Shown: positions 36,501 to 48,765 of the stretch, piece after piece | How positions within the stretch are numbered: position 1 is the stretch's first letter | Layout of the letters: each line of letters starts with the position of its first letter | Source of the DNA: Anaeramoeba ignava BMAN | Lineage: Eukaryota > Protista > Anaeramoebae | DNA: 64,000 nt | Direction of reading: 5' to 3' | NCBI GenBank assembly: GCA_028826165.1 | Contig: JAPDFW010000092.1 | Location: 620,001 to 684,000, forward strand | The notes under the pieces: generated by a model | The model's input: only the letters and a program-made list of their open reading frames with translations | Told to the model about the DNA's origin: nothing | Database searches by the model: none | Program-made: the position numbers and the translations under genes

Positions 36501-38164
36501 GTGTTGTTTATGATGGTGATTTCCACAACGATAAAATTGAAGGGAAAGGCAAAATTTTTTATCCAAATAATGAATCATATGAGGGTGATTTTTATGATAA
36601 TATGAGAAATGGAAAAGGTATTTTATTTAAGGATGGTTCAATTGTTTATACAGGTGAATGGGTAAATGATCTTAGAGAAGGAGAAGGAAAACAAATATAT
36701 CATGAAAATGAAGAATATGCAGGACAATGGAAAAACAATCTTGTATTTAGAAACATTTAAAAAATATTTAAAATAAAAATATTTAAAATAAAAATATTTA
36801 AAATAAAAATATTTAAAATAATATTTAATAAATATTCAATAATATTAAATAAATATTTAAAATAAAAATATTTAATAAATATTTAAAATAAAAATATTCA
36901 AAATAAAAATATTTAAAATATTAATATAAACATTTAAAAATATTTAAAATAAAAATATTCAAAAAATCAAAAATATTCAAAAATAAAAATATCAAAAAAT
37001 TCAAATATTCAAAATATTCAATAAATATTTAAAAATAATAAATATTCAATAAAAATATTCAATAAATATTCAATAATATATTTAGAAACATGGAAAAGGA
37101 GAATGGAAAAAAGAATCTCAAAAATATTCTGGAGATTGGTTATTCGATCAAATGCATGGAAATGGAACAATGATATGGGGAAAAAATCATCATTATACTG
37201 GTTCATGGAAAAATAATTTAAGAAATGGATTTGGGAAATTTCGAAAAAATCAAATTGGTTTTTCTGGTGAATGGGAAAATGGTCTTCCTCATGGAAAAGG
37301 AATTCTAACAATTTATGGTCCAGATTCAGAAGAAAAAGAAGATCATTCACAAAAACAAGATAATAGTGATTCTAACATTAATGAAACTGAAAATCAAATA
37401 AAAGCATCAAGAAACAGTAAAAGAATCAATTTTATATCAAATGAGTGGAACTTTTAACAATGGAGTTCCTGTTGGGAAAGAATGCAAATATGTTATTCAA
37501 CATAATTATAAATATAATGGAGAAATGGAATCAGGACAAGTATTTAATAATATTCAATTAATATTCAATTAATATTCAATTAATATTCAAAATATTCAAT
37601 AAATATTCAAAAATATTCAATAAATATTAAATAAATATTCAAAATATTAAATAAATATTTAATAATATTTAATAAATATTCAAAAAATATTTAATAAATA
37701 TTCAAAAATATTAAATAAATATTTAATAATATTTAATAATATTCAATAAATATTAAATAAATATTTAATAATATTTAATAAATATTCAAAAATATTTAAT
37801 AATATTTAAAAATATTCAAAAATATTAAATAAATAAATTTTAGAGAGAAGGAAATGGAACTATAATTCTTCCTAATTTAAGTCAAATTAATGGCCATTTT
37901 TCTAATGATGCATTAAATTTAAAATTACCTTTAAGACTTGAATTTATTTTAAATTCACAAGAAAAAGATCCTTATCACCAAAATCTTGGCAAATTTTATT
38001 CAGATGAAGTAACTTTTGATTTGGATTTAAATACTGAAAATCAGGAAATTAATCAATCAAAAAGAGGTCGTTATCATCAAATTGATTTTGAAAATTTCAC
38101 AAAAGAAATGCTTTGGTTTGAACCTCCTTCAAGAATATTTAATCAACGTTCTTTTTGGATTTAA
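33503..38164 (+). CDS. RGS + DH(RhoGEF) + PH + MORN-repeat protein; exons 33503..34498, 34577..36742, 37086..37539, 37844..38164; +1 frameshift at ~37400-37440
   Basis: RGS-like (YFQEFL..NLKLLKEFDDF..AKRIIQQYF), DH (LLETEEIYIENL, PVIRLYRYRLMIEDL.KCT...HPDY), many Y.G.F.NG...G.G MORN repeats; three phase-0 GT-AG introns. Confidence 0.88.
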
Positions 38165-38498
38165 AATGATTGATAATTTCTTAATTCATTCAATTTTTTT
38201 CTTTATTTTTCTTTTATTTTTTTTTTCAATTTTTTTTTCTTCAAAAATTCAAAAATTCAAAAATTTTTTGTAATGACTCAAAAAGAAAAAAAAAATAATA
38301 AAATAATCAAAAATAATCAAAAGGAAAAAAAGTGAATTTTTTTATTAAAAAAAAAGGAGAATAAGAATGGAAAATTTAACTGAAAAAAAAAATTTATTTT
38401 TTATTTGAAACTTCAATTTTAATTTTCCATTTTTTTCTTTTTTTTTTTTTTTTTTTTATATTTTTATTTTATTTTTATTTAAAAAATAGTTAAGAAAA

Positions 38499-40875
38499 AT
38501 GTCTGAAGAAAAGTTTGGACATTGGGGACTTCTATTGTTTTTCTTTTGTTGTTTAGTTGCAATGATTCTAATTCATTTTCTTAGAAGATCAAAAATAACT
38601 TACTTTCATGAAACAGGTTTGAATTCTTTGATTGGAATCATTGTAGGAGTTTTTATTAAGTAAAAAATAGAAAAAAAAAATTTTAGAAAATGATTAATAT
38701 TTTTTGATTGTTTTTCTTTCTCATTTAAAAAACAAATTTGAAAATTAAAAATTAAAAAGACATTGTGGAGGAAGTGAAGAAATTAGAGAATTTAGTGGTT
38801 TTAAACGGGAAATTTTTATGATTTTACTTCTTCCTCATATTATTTTTGAAGTATAAAAAGAAAATTTTATTTATTGATTATTTTGATAATAATTTTTATC
38901 TTTACTTTCTTTTTTTGTAATTAAATTTAAATTTATTAGAGTGGATATAATTTGAAAAAAAGAAATTTCTTTAAGAATATTGTATCTATTTTATTATTTG
39001 CTATATTGGGGACATTGATCACAGCATTTTTTGTTGGTGGCTTTTTAATAATTTTCTCTCATAAAACTTCAATTTTTAATCTTTCAACTATTGAATGTTT
39101 ATTGTTTGGAAGTATAATTTCAGCAACTGATCCTGGTAAAGAATTTAAAAAAATTTATTTAATTTAATTAAATTAAAAGTGGAACAAAATTAAAATTGAT
39201 TTAAAATTGATTTAAAATTGATATAAAATTAATATAAAATTGATATAAAATTAATATAAAATTGATTTAAATATTTCATTTTGTTTTTGATTTGAAATTA
39301 AATTAGTTAGTGTTTTGGCAATTTTTCAACAATTGGGAGTTGATCCAGATCTTTATGCAAATGTTTTTGGGGAATCTGTACTTAATGATGCGATTGCAAT
39401 TGTTTTAGTAGAAACATTTTTAAAATTTCGAGATCACGACGTAACAGCCGTATTCATTTTCAAAAGTTTAGGAGTTTTCTTTGGGGTTTTTTTGGGATCA
39501 TTTGGAATTGGAGCGTTAAATGCAATGATCTCAGCTTTTTTAATAAAACACATTAAGGTCAGAGATTTTCCAATTATTGAGACATCAATATTGTTTCTGT
39601 TTGCTTGGTGCACTTATTTTCTTTGTGAGGATCTTGGATTATCAGGGATTGCTGGGATTTTATTTTGTGGAATTGTTCAAGCTCATTATAGTTACTTAAA
39701 TTTAAGTGAAAAAAGTAAAGAACTTACCAAAAATTTAGCTCATTTACTCTCATTTATGTCAGAGAGTTTTGTGTTTATTTACTTGGGTTTGGCTGTATTT
39801 TGTTTCGAACATGATTTTCATGTGGGAATTATCTTTGTTGCCTTTTTTCTTTGTTTGATTTCTCGTTTCTTTAATATCGCTCCACTTTCATGGATAAATA
39901 ATAAAATCAAAAAAAATCATCAAATTTCAGCAAAAAAACAGTTTGTACTTTGGTTTAGTGGGCTTCGTGGTGCTGTTTCTTTTGCTTTAAGTGTTGATTT
40001 ACCAACTCCTCATGGCCCTGTTATTTTAACAACAACTCTTATTATTGTTTTAATTACAATTTTCTTATTTGGTGGATTAACAACAATTGTAGTTAAAAAA
40101 TTGGATGTTCAAGTTGAAGTAAAATCAATTTAAAATCAAAATCAAAATTAAAATCAAAATTAAAATCAAAATCAAAAATTAAATTTAAAATCAAAATCAA
40201 AATCAAAATTAAAATTAAAATTAAAATCAAAATTAAAATTAAAATTAAAATCAAAATCAAAATCAAAATCAAAATCAAAATCAAAATTAAAATTAAAATC
40301 AAAATCTAAATTAAAATCAAAATCAAAATCTAAATTAAAATCAAAATCAAAATTAAAATCAAAATCAAAATCAAAATCAAAATTAAAATTAAAATTAAAA
40401 TTAAAATTAAAATAAAAATTAAAATCAAAATCAAAATCAAAATTAAAATTAAAATCAAAATCAAAATTAAAATTAAAATCTAAATTAAAATTAAAATCCA
40501 AAAATAAAGAATCCTCCAATTCCTTATATGAAAAATAAAGGATTATTAAAATTAGAAAGAAAATATATTAAACCTTTTCTTACTCATCGAAAATATGATC
40601 CTGCAAAATATGATCCTGCTAATTATTCACCTTATCCAAGTAATTTAGAAGTTCCACTTTTAGATTCACAAAATGATAAAGAAGAAAAAATTGAAAATCC
40701 AAATGAAATTGAACTTGAAAATTCCAATGAAAATCAAAATCAAAATCCAAATGAAATTGAACTTGAAAATCAAAATGAAAATCAAAATGAAAATCAAAAT
40801 GAAAATGAAAATCAAAATCAAAATGAAATTGAAAATCAAATTGAAAATCAAAATGAAAATCAAAATATAAATTAA
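38499..40875 (+). CDS. CPA1 Na+/H+ exchanger (NHE8/NHX-like); exons 38499..38659, 38760..38850, 38940..39135, 39307..40118, 40510..40875
   Basis: LLLPHIIFESGY, FGSIISATDPV, VFGESVLNDAIAIVL, LSGIAGILFCG, WFSGLRGAVSFAL; all introns GT-AG and frame-consistent. Confidence 0.93.
40119..40509 (+). repeat. Intronic (AAAATT/AAAATC)n microsatellite
   Basis: Fills the last intron of the Na+/H+ exchanger gene. Confidence 0.92.
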
Positions 40876-41060
40876 AATAAAATAAAATAGTTTTAGATCA
40901 AGAAAAATAACTTATATACAAAATCATGAATCAAAAAATTATTTAGTTTTCAGTTTTCAAAGTTTTCAAGTTTCCAAATTTTGATAAATTCTAACTTTTA
41001 AAATAAAAATTTTCCAAAAAAAAATTTTTTTTCATTTTTTCTTTTTGAAAATTAATTAAA

Positions 41061-42620
41061 ATGACTTTTGAATTAACTCAAATGTTTCGAAACTTACAAA
41101 AAACACAAAATATTCAAACAAATCAAATTATTGATAAAACACTTGAATATTCAAACACAGAACAATTATCAGAAGATCTAAAAAGTCTTTTAAATAAAAC
41201 AGAAAATGAAGAAAATTTTTATGATTTCGAAGTATTTTTTGATTCAATCAATTTAAATGAAAACCAAAAACAAAAACCAATAAAATGTCACAAAGCAATT
41301 TTATCATCAAGAAGTGAATATTTCAAGTCATTATTTCGTTCAAAAATGAAAGAATATCAAGAAAACAAAATTGTATTACCAGATGTTTCAAGAAATACAT
41401 TTGAAACAGTTTTAGAGTATATTTACACAGGAAAAATATTAATCACGCTAGAAAATGCTGTTGAAGTTTTATTGTTTTCATCAAAATATTTGTTTGAGGA
41501 ATTAGTTCCAATTTTTTCCGAATTTATTCAAAGCAATTTTTCATTCGAAACAGTTGTTGATGTTCTTAAAATTGCTGAAGTTATGAATCTTGAAGAACTT
41601 CTTGATTTTTCTTATCAATTTATTTACGATAATTTCCCTTCTTTTGTAACAAGTCCTTTTTTTTATGAACTTGAAGAAAGACATCTTATCAAAATTCTTT
41701 CAAGTAACGAAACTATTGGGAATGAATTTGAAATTTTTCAATCACTTGTTGATTGGGGAAAAAACAAGACAAATCCCAAGCAAAAAAATGAGGAAATGGA
41801 TTCTGAAGAGAAGAAGGAAATTGCAAATTCCATTTCGAATTTGATCCACAAAATCAGGTTTATTGAGTTTTCTGATGAAGAAAAAGAAAAAAGTTTAAAC
41901 ACTGGTTTAATTCCTTTGGAAATTTCTCAAGCATTAAAAGAAATCGAATCAACCAAAAGTACAAATAGTGATGAAAATGAGAAAAATTATCAACTTTGGC
42001 AAGAAAAAATGAAAGATTCAATGATTTTCTCATCAAGAAATAGTTGGGATTCTTCAATTATTACAACAACTGATTACAAAATCAATTTAAGAAAATGGAT
42101 TCCTGAAAAGAACTTTTTCCAAAAAATGAAATTAGGATTTTCAACATCAAAAGACGGTTGGGAATCAACTACTTGGCATGACAAATGCGATAATAAAGGC
42201 CCTATTTTGATTGTTGTAAGAACCAAACAAGGATTTATCATGGGCGCTTATACTCAAGTTGGATTCCAACGAGATCGCGCAAGTTGGTCTTTCCGTTATG
42301 GAACCGTTTCAGGAAATCTCAAAGACAATAACGCTTTTCTTTTTACTTTGAAAAATCCTTCTGGTGATCTTCCTCAGAAATTCCCTGTTCGTGAAGAACA
42401 TGCAAATCAAGCTCTTTTCTATTCTTATAATTGGGGTCCTGATTTTTGTGATGGTGATTTGGGTTTTAAGGAAGATCTTCATAATGGTTTTTCTTGGCAT
42501 TTTGGTAAGTTTTATTCTTCTCCTTCTCATTTAAGTCCTAATTCACAAGAATCTAAAAATTATTTTGCTGGTCAAGATGGTTTTTGGGAAGTTGATGAAT
42601 TGGAAACCTTTTTCATTTAA
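41061..42620 (+). CDS. BTB-BACK-TLDc domain protein
   Basis: CHKAILSSRSEYFKSLF (BTB), EFEIFQSLVDW..IRF (BACK), DGWESTTWHDKCDNKGP.LIVV..GFIMGAYT..AFLFTL..GPDF (TLDc). Confidence 0.92.
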   Translation: MTFELTQMFRNLQKTQNIQTNQIIDKTLEYSNTEQLSEDLKSLLNKTENEENFYDFEVFFDSINLNENQKQKPIKCHKAILSSRSEYFKSLFRSKMKEYQENKIVLPDVSRNTFETVLEYIYTGKILITLENAVEVLLFSSKYLFEELVPIFSEFIQSNFSFETVVDVLKIAEVMNLEELLDFSYQFIYDNFPSFVTSPFFYELEERHLIKILSSNETIGNEFEIFQSLVDWGKNKTNPKQKNEEMDSEEKKEIANSISNLIHKIRFIEFSDEEKEKSLNTGLIPLEISQALKEIESTKSTNSDENEKNYQLWQEKMKDSMIFSSRNSWDSSIITTTDYKINLRKWIPEKNFFQKMKLGFSTSKDGWESTTWHDKCDNKGPILIVVRTKQGFIMGAYTQVGFQRDRASWSFRYGTVSGNLKDNNAFLFTLKNPSGDLPQKFPVREEHANQALFYSYNWGPDFCDGDLGFKEDLHNGFSWHFGKFYSSPSHLSPNSQESKNYFAGQDGFWEVDELETFFI

Positions 42621-42685
42621 AAAAAAAACCTTTTTCTTTTTCAATTCAATAAAAACAACAAATTCCACTTTTATTTTTTTATTTA

Positions 42686-45165
42686 AAAATATTTTATTTA
42701 TTAAATATAAATAAAATTAATTAATTTTGATTTATATTTAATTTATATTTTATTTTATTTTTATATTTTTAAATTAATTCTATTTTATATTTTAAATTAA
42801 AAATGATTTTATTTTGATTATTTATTAATTAAAAATATTTTATTTATTAAATATAAATAAAATTAAATAGTTTTGATTTATATTTAGTTTATATTTTATT
42901 TTATTTTTATATTTTTAAATTAATTCTATTTTATATTTTAAATTAAAATTGATTTTATTTTGATTATTTATTAATTAAAAATATTTTATTTATTAAATAT
43001 AAATAAAATTAAATAGTTTTGATTTATATTTAATTTATATTTTATTTTATTTTTATATTTTTAAATTAATTCTATTTTTTATTATAAATTAAAAATGATT
43101 TTATTTTGATTATTTATTAATTAAAAATATTTTATTTATTAAATATAAATAAAATTAATTAGTTTTTAATTTATATTTAGTTTATATTTTATTATTTTTA
43201 TATTTTTAAATTAATTCTATTTTATATTTTAAATTAAAATTGATTTTATTATGATTATTTATTAATTAAAAATATTTTATTTATTAAATATAAATAAAAT
43301 TAAATAGTTTTGATTTTATATTTTTAATTTATATTTTATTTTATTTTTATATTTTTAAATTAATTCCATTATTTATTTTAAATTAAAATTGATTTTATTA
43401 TGATTATTTATTAATTAAAATATTTTATTTATTAAATATAAATAAAAATTAATTAGTTTTGATTTATATTTAATTTATATTTTATTATATTTTTATATTT
43501 TTAAATTAATTCTATTTTATATTTTAAATTAAAATTGATTTTATTTTGATTATTTATTAATTAAAAATATTTTATTTATTAAATATAAATAAAATTAAAT
43601 AATTTTAATTTATATTTAATTTATATTTTATTTTATTTTTATATTTTTAAATTAATTCTATTTTATATTTTAAATTAAAAATGATTTTATTTTGATTATT
43701 TATTAATTAAAAATATTTTATTTATTAAATATAAATAAAATTAAATAGTTTTAATTTATATTTAATTTATATTTTATTTTATTTTTATATTTTTAAATTA
43801 ATTCTATTTTATATTTTAAATTAAAAATGATTTTATTTTGATTATTTATTAATTAAAAATATTTTATTTATTAAATATTAATAAAATTAATTAATTTTGA
43901 TTTATATTTAGTTTATATTTTATTTTATTTTTATATTTTTAAATTAATTCCATTTTTATATTTTAAATTAAAAATGATTTTATTTTGATTATTTATTAAT
44001 TAAAAAATATTTTATTTATTAAATATTAATAAAATTAAATAATTTTGATTTATATTTAATTTATATTTTATTTTATTTTTATATTTTTAAATTAATTCCA
44101 TTTTTATTATAAATTAAAAATGATTTTATTTTTGATTATTTATTAATTAAAAATATTTTATTTATTAAATATAAATAAAATTAATTAGTTTTGATTTATA
44201 TTTAATTTATATTTTATTATATTTTTATATTTTTAAATTAATTCTATTTTATATTTTAAATTAAAATTGATTTTATTATGATTATTTATTAATTAAAAAT
44301 ATTTTATTTATTAAATATTAATAAAATTAAATAATTTTGATTTATATTTAATTTATATTTTATTATATTTTTATATTTTTAAATTAATTCCATTTTATAT
44401 TTTTAAATTAAAAATGATTTTATTTTGATTATTTATTAATTAAAAATATTTTATTTATTAAATATAAATAAAATTAATTAGTTTTGATTTATATTTAATT
44501 TATATTTTATTTTATTTTTATATTTTTAAATTAATTCTATTTTATATTTTAAATTAAAAATGATTTTATTTTGATTATTTATTAATTAAAAATATTTTTA
44601 TTTATTAAATATTAATAAAATTAAATAGTTTTTTGATTTATATTTTAGTTTATATTTTTTATTTTATTTTTATATTTTTAAATTAATTCTATTTTATATT
44701 TTAAATTAAAAATGATTTTATTTTGATTATTTATTAATTAAAAATATTTTATTTATTAAATATTAATAAAATTAATTAATTTTGATTTATATTTAATTTA
44801 TATTTTATTTTATTTTTATATTTTTAAATTAATTCCATTTTATATTTTAAATTAAAAATGATTTTATTATGATTTTTATTAATTAAAAATATTTTATTTA
44901 TTAAATATTAATAAAATTAAATAATTTTGATTTATATTTAGTTTATATTTTATTTTATTTTTATATTTTTAAATTAATTCCATTTTATATTTTAAATTAA
45001 AAATGATTTTATTTTGATTATTTATTAATTAAAAATATTTTATTTATTAAATATTAATAAAATTAATTAATTTTAATTTATATTTAATTTATATTTTATT
45101 TTATTTTTATATTTTTAAATTAATTCTATTTTATATTTTAAATTAAAATTGATTTTTATTTTGAT
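42686..45165. repeat. AT-rich satellite array, ~146-bp unit, ~17 copies
   Basis: AAAAATATTTTATTTATTAAATAT recurs at ~42686, 42831, 42977, 43123 and onward. Confidence 0.97.
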
Positions 45166-45389
45166 TGATTTTTATTTTTGAAAAAGTGAAAAAATTAAAA
45201 AAAGAAAAAAAATAAAAAAGAAATTGAAATGAAAAATGTAAATTATCCAAATTATCCAAAATTATCAAAAATTAAGAAAATTGTCAATATTCTTAGAATT
45301 TTGACAAAAATAATTTTTCAAAAAAAAAAAGAACAAAAAAAAAATTTTTTCTTTCAATGATTAAAAAAAAAAGAACAAATAAAAAGAAA

Positions 45390-45965
45390 TTAAAGAAGAA
45401 TACATTTCTTTTTCTTTTTCGGTTGAGGTTTTGAATTATCAACATTTTGTTGGTCAATATTTTTAATTTTCCTAATTTCTCTAGCTAAACAAAAAAAGAC
45501 TTCATCAACATTAAATCTAGTTTTAGCTGAAGTTTCAAAAATAGGACAAGAAAAACTTTTTGCCAAATCCTTAGCTTCAGCAACAGAAACCTTTCTATTA
45601 CTTTCCAAATCACATTTATTTGCAGCAATTACAAAAGGAACTTGAGAACTTTCTTTTGAAAGCAAAATTTTTTCTCGAAATTTTGGAATTTCTGTGAAGG
45701 AAGTAAAATTATCAATTGCAAAGACTAATAAATAACCGTCGCCAACACGTAAATGTGTATCGCGAATAATAGAAAATTCTTCTTGTCCTGCTGTGTCGAG
45801 AATGTGAAGAAGACATACTTCTTTGTCTATCTCAACTTGTCTTCGAAATGAATCTTCTATTGTTGGTTCATAATCCGTTATGAATTTTGAATGCACAAAT
45901 TGAACTGAAAGTGCAGATTTTCCAACTGCTCCACTTCCTACTACTACTAATTTTAATACTGCCAT
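45390..45965 (-). CDS. Ras-family small GTPase
   Basis: KLVVVGSGAVGKSAL, YEPTIEDSF, DTAGQEEF, NKCDL, ETSAK, polybasic tail plus CaaX (CILL); intronless. Confidence 0.95.
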   Translation of the reverse strand: MAVLKLVVVGSGAVGKSALSVQFVHSKFITDYEPTIEDSFRRQVEIDKEVCLLHILDTAGQEEFSIIRDTHLRVGDGYLLVFAIDNFTSFTEIPKFREKILLSKESSQVPFVIAANKCDLESNRKVSVAEAKDLAKSFSCPIFETSAKTRFNVDEVFFCLAREIRKIKNIDQQNVDNSKPQPKKKKKCILL

Positions 45966-46411
45966 TATTTTTATTCTTTTTGTTTTTTTTTTTGATTTAT
46001 TCAAAATGAATTTTTTTATTTCAATAAAAACTTAAATTTTTTAATTTCTTTAATTTCTTTAATTTCTTTAATTTCTTTAATTTCTGTTTCTAAATTTTTA
46101 ATTTCTTTTTAATAATTAAAAAAAATATAGAAATTAAAATAATAAAAAAAAGCAAAAAAAAAATGAAAAAAATGAAAAAAATGAAATTAAAAAAAATGTT
46201 TTTTTTTATCTCTATTTTTATTTATTTTAAATAATAATTAGTAAATATTTTTATTTTATTAATAAGTAATTCGTTTTTCTTCGTCATTTTTCTTCTTTTT
46301 TTATTTTTTTTAATTAAAAAAATTTTTTTTTTGATTTTTTTTTTTTCATTTTTTCTCTTTCAATTATTATTCTTATTCTAATTATAATTATTATTATAAT
46401 TCTTTTATTCA

Positions 46412-48765
46412 ATGTCACAAGAACAAAAAACACAAACAACAGAAGAAACAAAATCAAAAACAACTGAAGAAACAAAAACAAAAACAACAACAACAAATCA
46501 ACAAGAAACACAAGAAACAGAAAAAATTAGCAAAAGGTTTCTTGTTTAAAATTAAAATTCATTTATAAAATTAAATTCAAAATTAAAATTTATATTAAAA
46601 TTAAAATTAAAATTAAATTTAAAATTAAAATTAAAATTAAAATTAAAATAAAAATCAAAATCAAAATTAATAATTAAAATTTATATTAAAATTAAAATTA
46701 ATAATTAAAATTAAAATAAAAATTAAAATTAAAATTAAAATTAAAATTAAAATTAATAAAAGTGAACAAAAAAGAAGACTCAGACAACAAAGAAAACAAG
46801 AAGAAAAAGAAAAAAAACTTCAACAACAACAAAATCAAACACAACAAACTAATCAATTAAAAAAAGAACAAGAACCACAAGATCCAAAAGCATATTATGA
46901 AAATCGAGTAAAAACCATTTCCAAATTAGAAACACCATATCCACATAAATATGAAGTAACAGAATCAGTAGAAAACATAATTAAGAAATACAATTCACTT
47001 AAAAACGGAGAAAGAAAACCTGAAGAAATTTATTCTATTGCAGGAAGATTATTTTCCAAAAGAGTTCAAAGCCAAAAATTAGTTTTTTATGATCTTTATG
47101 ATAACGGAATGAAAATACAGGTTATGGCAGATACAAGATTTTCAGAACAAGATTTCGCAACAATTCACAACAAAACTAAAAGAGGAGACATTGTGGGAAT
47201 TAAAGGATTTATTGGGAAAAGTAAAACAGGAGAATTGAGTATTTTTCCAAAACAAATTGAAATTTTATCTCCTTGTTTAAGAGCACTTCCATCATTACAT
47301 TTTGGTGTTCAAGACCCAGAAATACGATATCGTCATAGATATCTTGATTTGATAGTTAATCCTCATATCAAAGAATCATTTATAACAAGATCTAGAATCA
47401 TTAAGTTTATAAGAAATTTTTTGGATGAAAAAGGATTTTTAGAAGTTGAAACACCAATGATGAATATGATTTGTGGAGGAGCAAGTGCTAAGCCTTTTAT
47501 TACTCATCATAATGATCTTGGAATTGATTTATTCATGAGAGTTGCACCTGAGCTTTATTTGAAAGAACTTGTTGTTGGTGGAATTAATAGAGTTTATGAA
47601 ATTGGAAAACAATTTAGAAATGAAAGTATTGATTTAACTCATAATCCTGAATTTACTACTTGTGAATTCTATATGGCTTATGCTGATTATTATGATTTGA
47701 TGAAGCTTACTGAAGATTTACTTTCTCAACTTGCTTATAATATTACTGGATCTCATAAAGTTGTTTATCATTATAATGGAAGAAATATTACTTCTGTTGT
47801 TAAGACTCAAAAAGGATTTGATAAATTGAAGAAAAGCACTAAGAAAATTTCTGATGAACAAAGAATCAAAGAAGAACAAAAAAGATTAGAAGAAGAGAAA
47901 ATTAAAGAGGAAAGAGAAAAGTTAGAAGCACAATTTATTGAAATTGATTTTACACCACCTTTTAATAAGATACCAATGATTGAAGGAATTGAAAAAGAAG
48001 CTAATATTAAAGTAATTTATTTTTAATTTTTAATATTTAATATTTTTAATATTTAATTTTAATATTTTTCATTTTTTTTTAGATTCCAGAAGATTTAACT
48101 ACACAAGAAACTAATGATTTTCTTTCTCAAAAATGTATTGAATTTGGAGTTGAATGTCCACCACCAAGAACAACAGCAAGATTACTTGATAAAGTAAATC
48201 AAAAAATTTAAAAATTTAAAACAAAATATTTAAAAATCAAAACAAAACAAAACACTTTTATAAATAGCTTGTTGGACATTTTGTTGAACCTAAATGCATA
48301 AATCCAACATTTATTATTGATCATCCAGAAATTATGTCACCACTTGCGAAATATCATCGAAGTAAAAAAGGAATAACAGAAAGATTTGAATTATTTATTA
48401 ATGGAAAAGAAGTAATTAATGCATATACTGAATTAAACAATCCAATTATACAACGAGAAAGATTTCAACAACAAGCTCAAGATAAAGCAAAAGGTGATGA
48501 AGAAGCTCAAGTTATTGATGAAATATTTTGCACTTCTTTGGAATATGGATTACCTCCAACTGCTGGTTGGGGTTTGGGTATTGATAGATTAACTATGTTT
48601 TTATCTGACCATATTAATATTAAAGAGGTTTTACTTTTCCCTGCAATGCGTCCTGATAATTCAAGTGAACAAAAGGAATCAAAACCAAAAGATGAATCAG
48701 AACCAAAAGATGAATCAAAACCAAAAGATGAATCAAAACCAAAAGATGATTCGAAAAAAGATTAA
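46412..48765 (+). CDS. KARS1: Class II lysyl-tRNA synthetase; exons 46412..46536, 46763..48011, 48083..48193, 48269..48765
   Basis: [72 protein letters not shown]. Confidence 0.97.

Noticed and set aside
14787-37457. Genome-wide Euplotes-like +1 frameshifting (AAA-TAA at 14787, AAT-TGA at 24458, TTT-TAA at 37455)
   Set aside because: Shifts occur in both directions and mostly in homopolymers. In the RhoGEF the MORN motif (YQMSGTFNNG) is already in the +1 frame before the stop. At ~31372 a repeat copy lacks one A relative to its sibling at ~31301. Indel errors explain all of this better.
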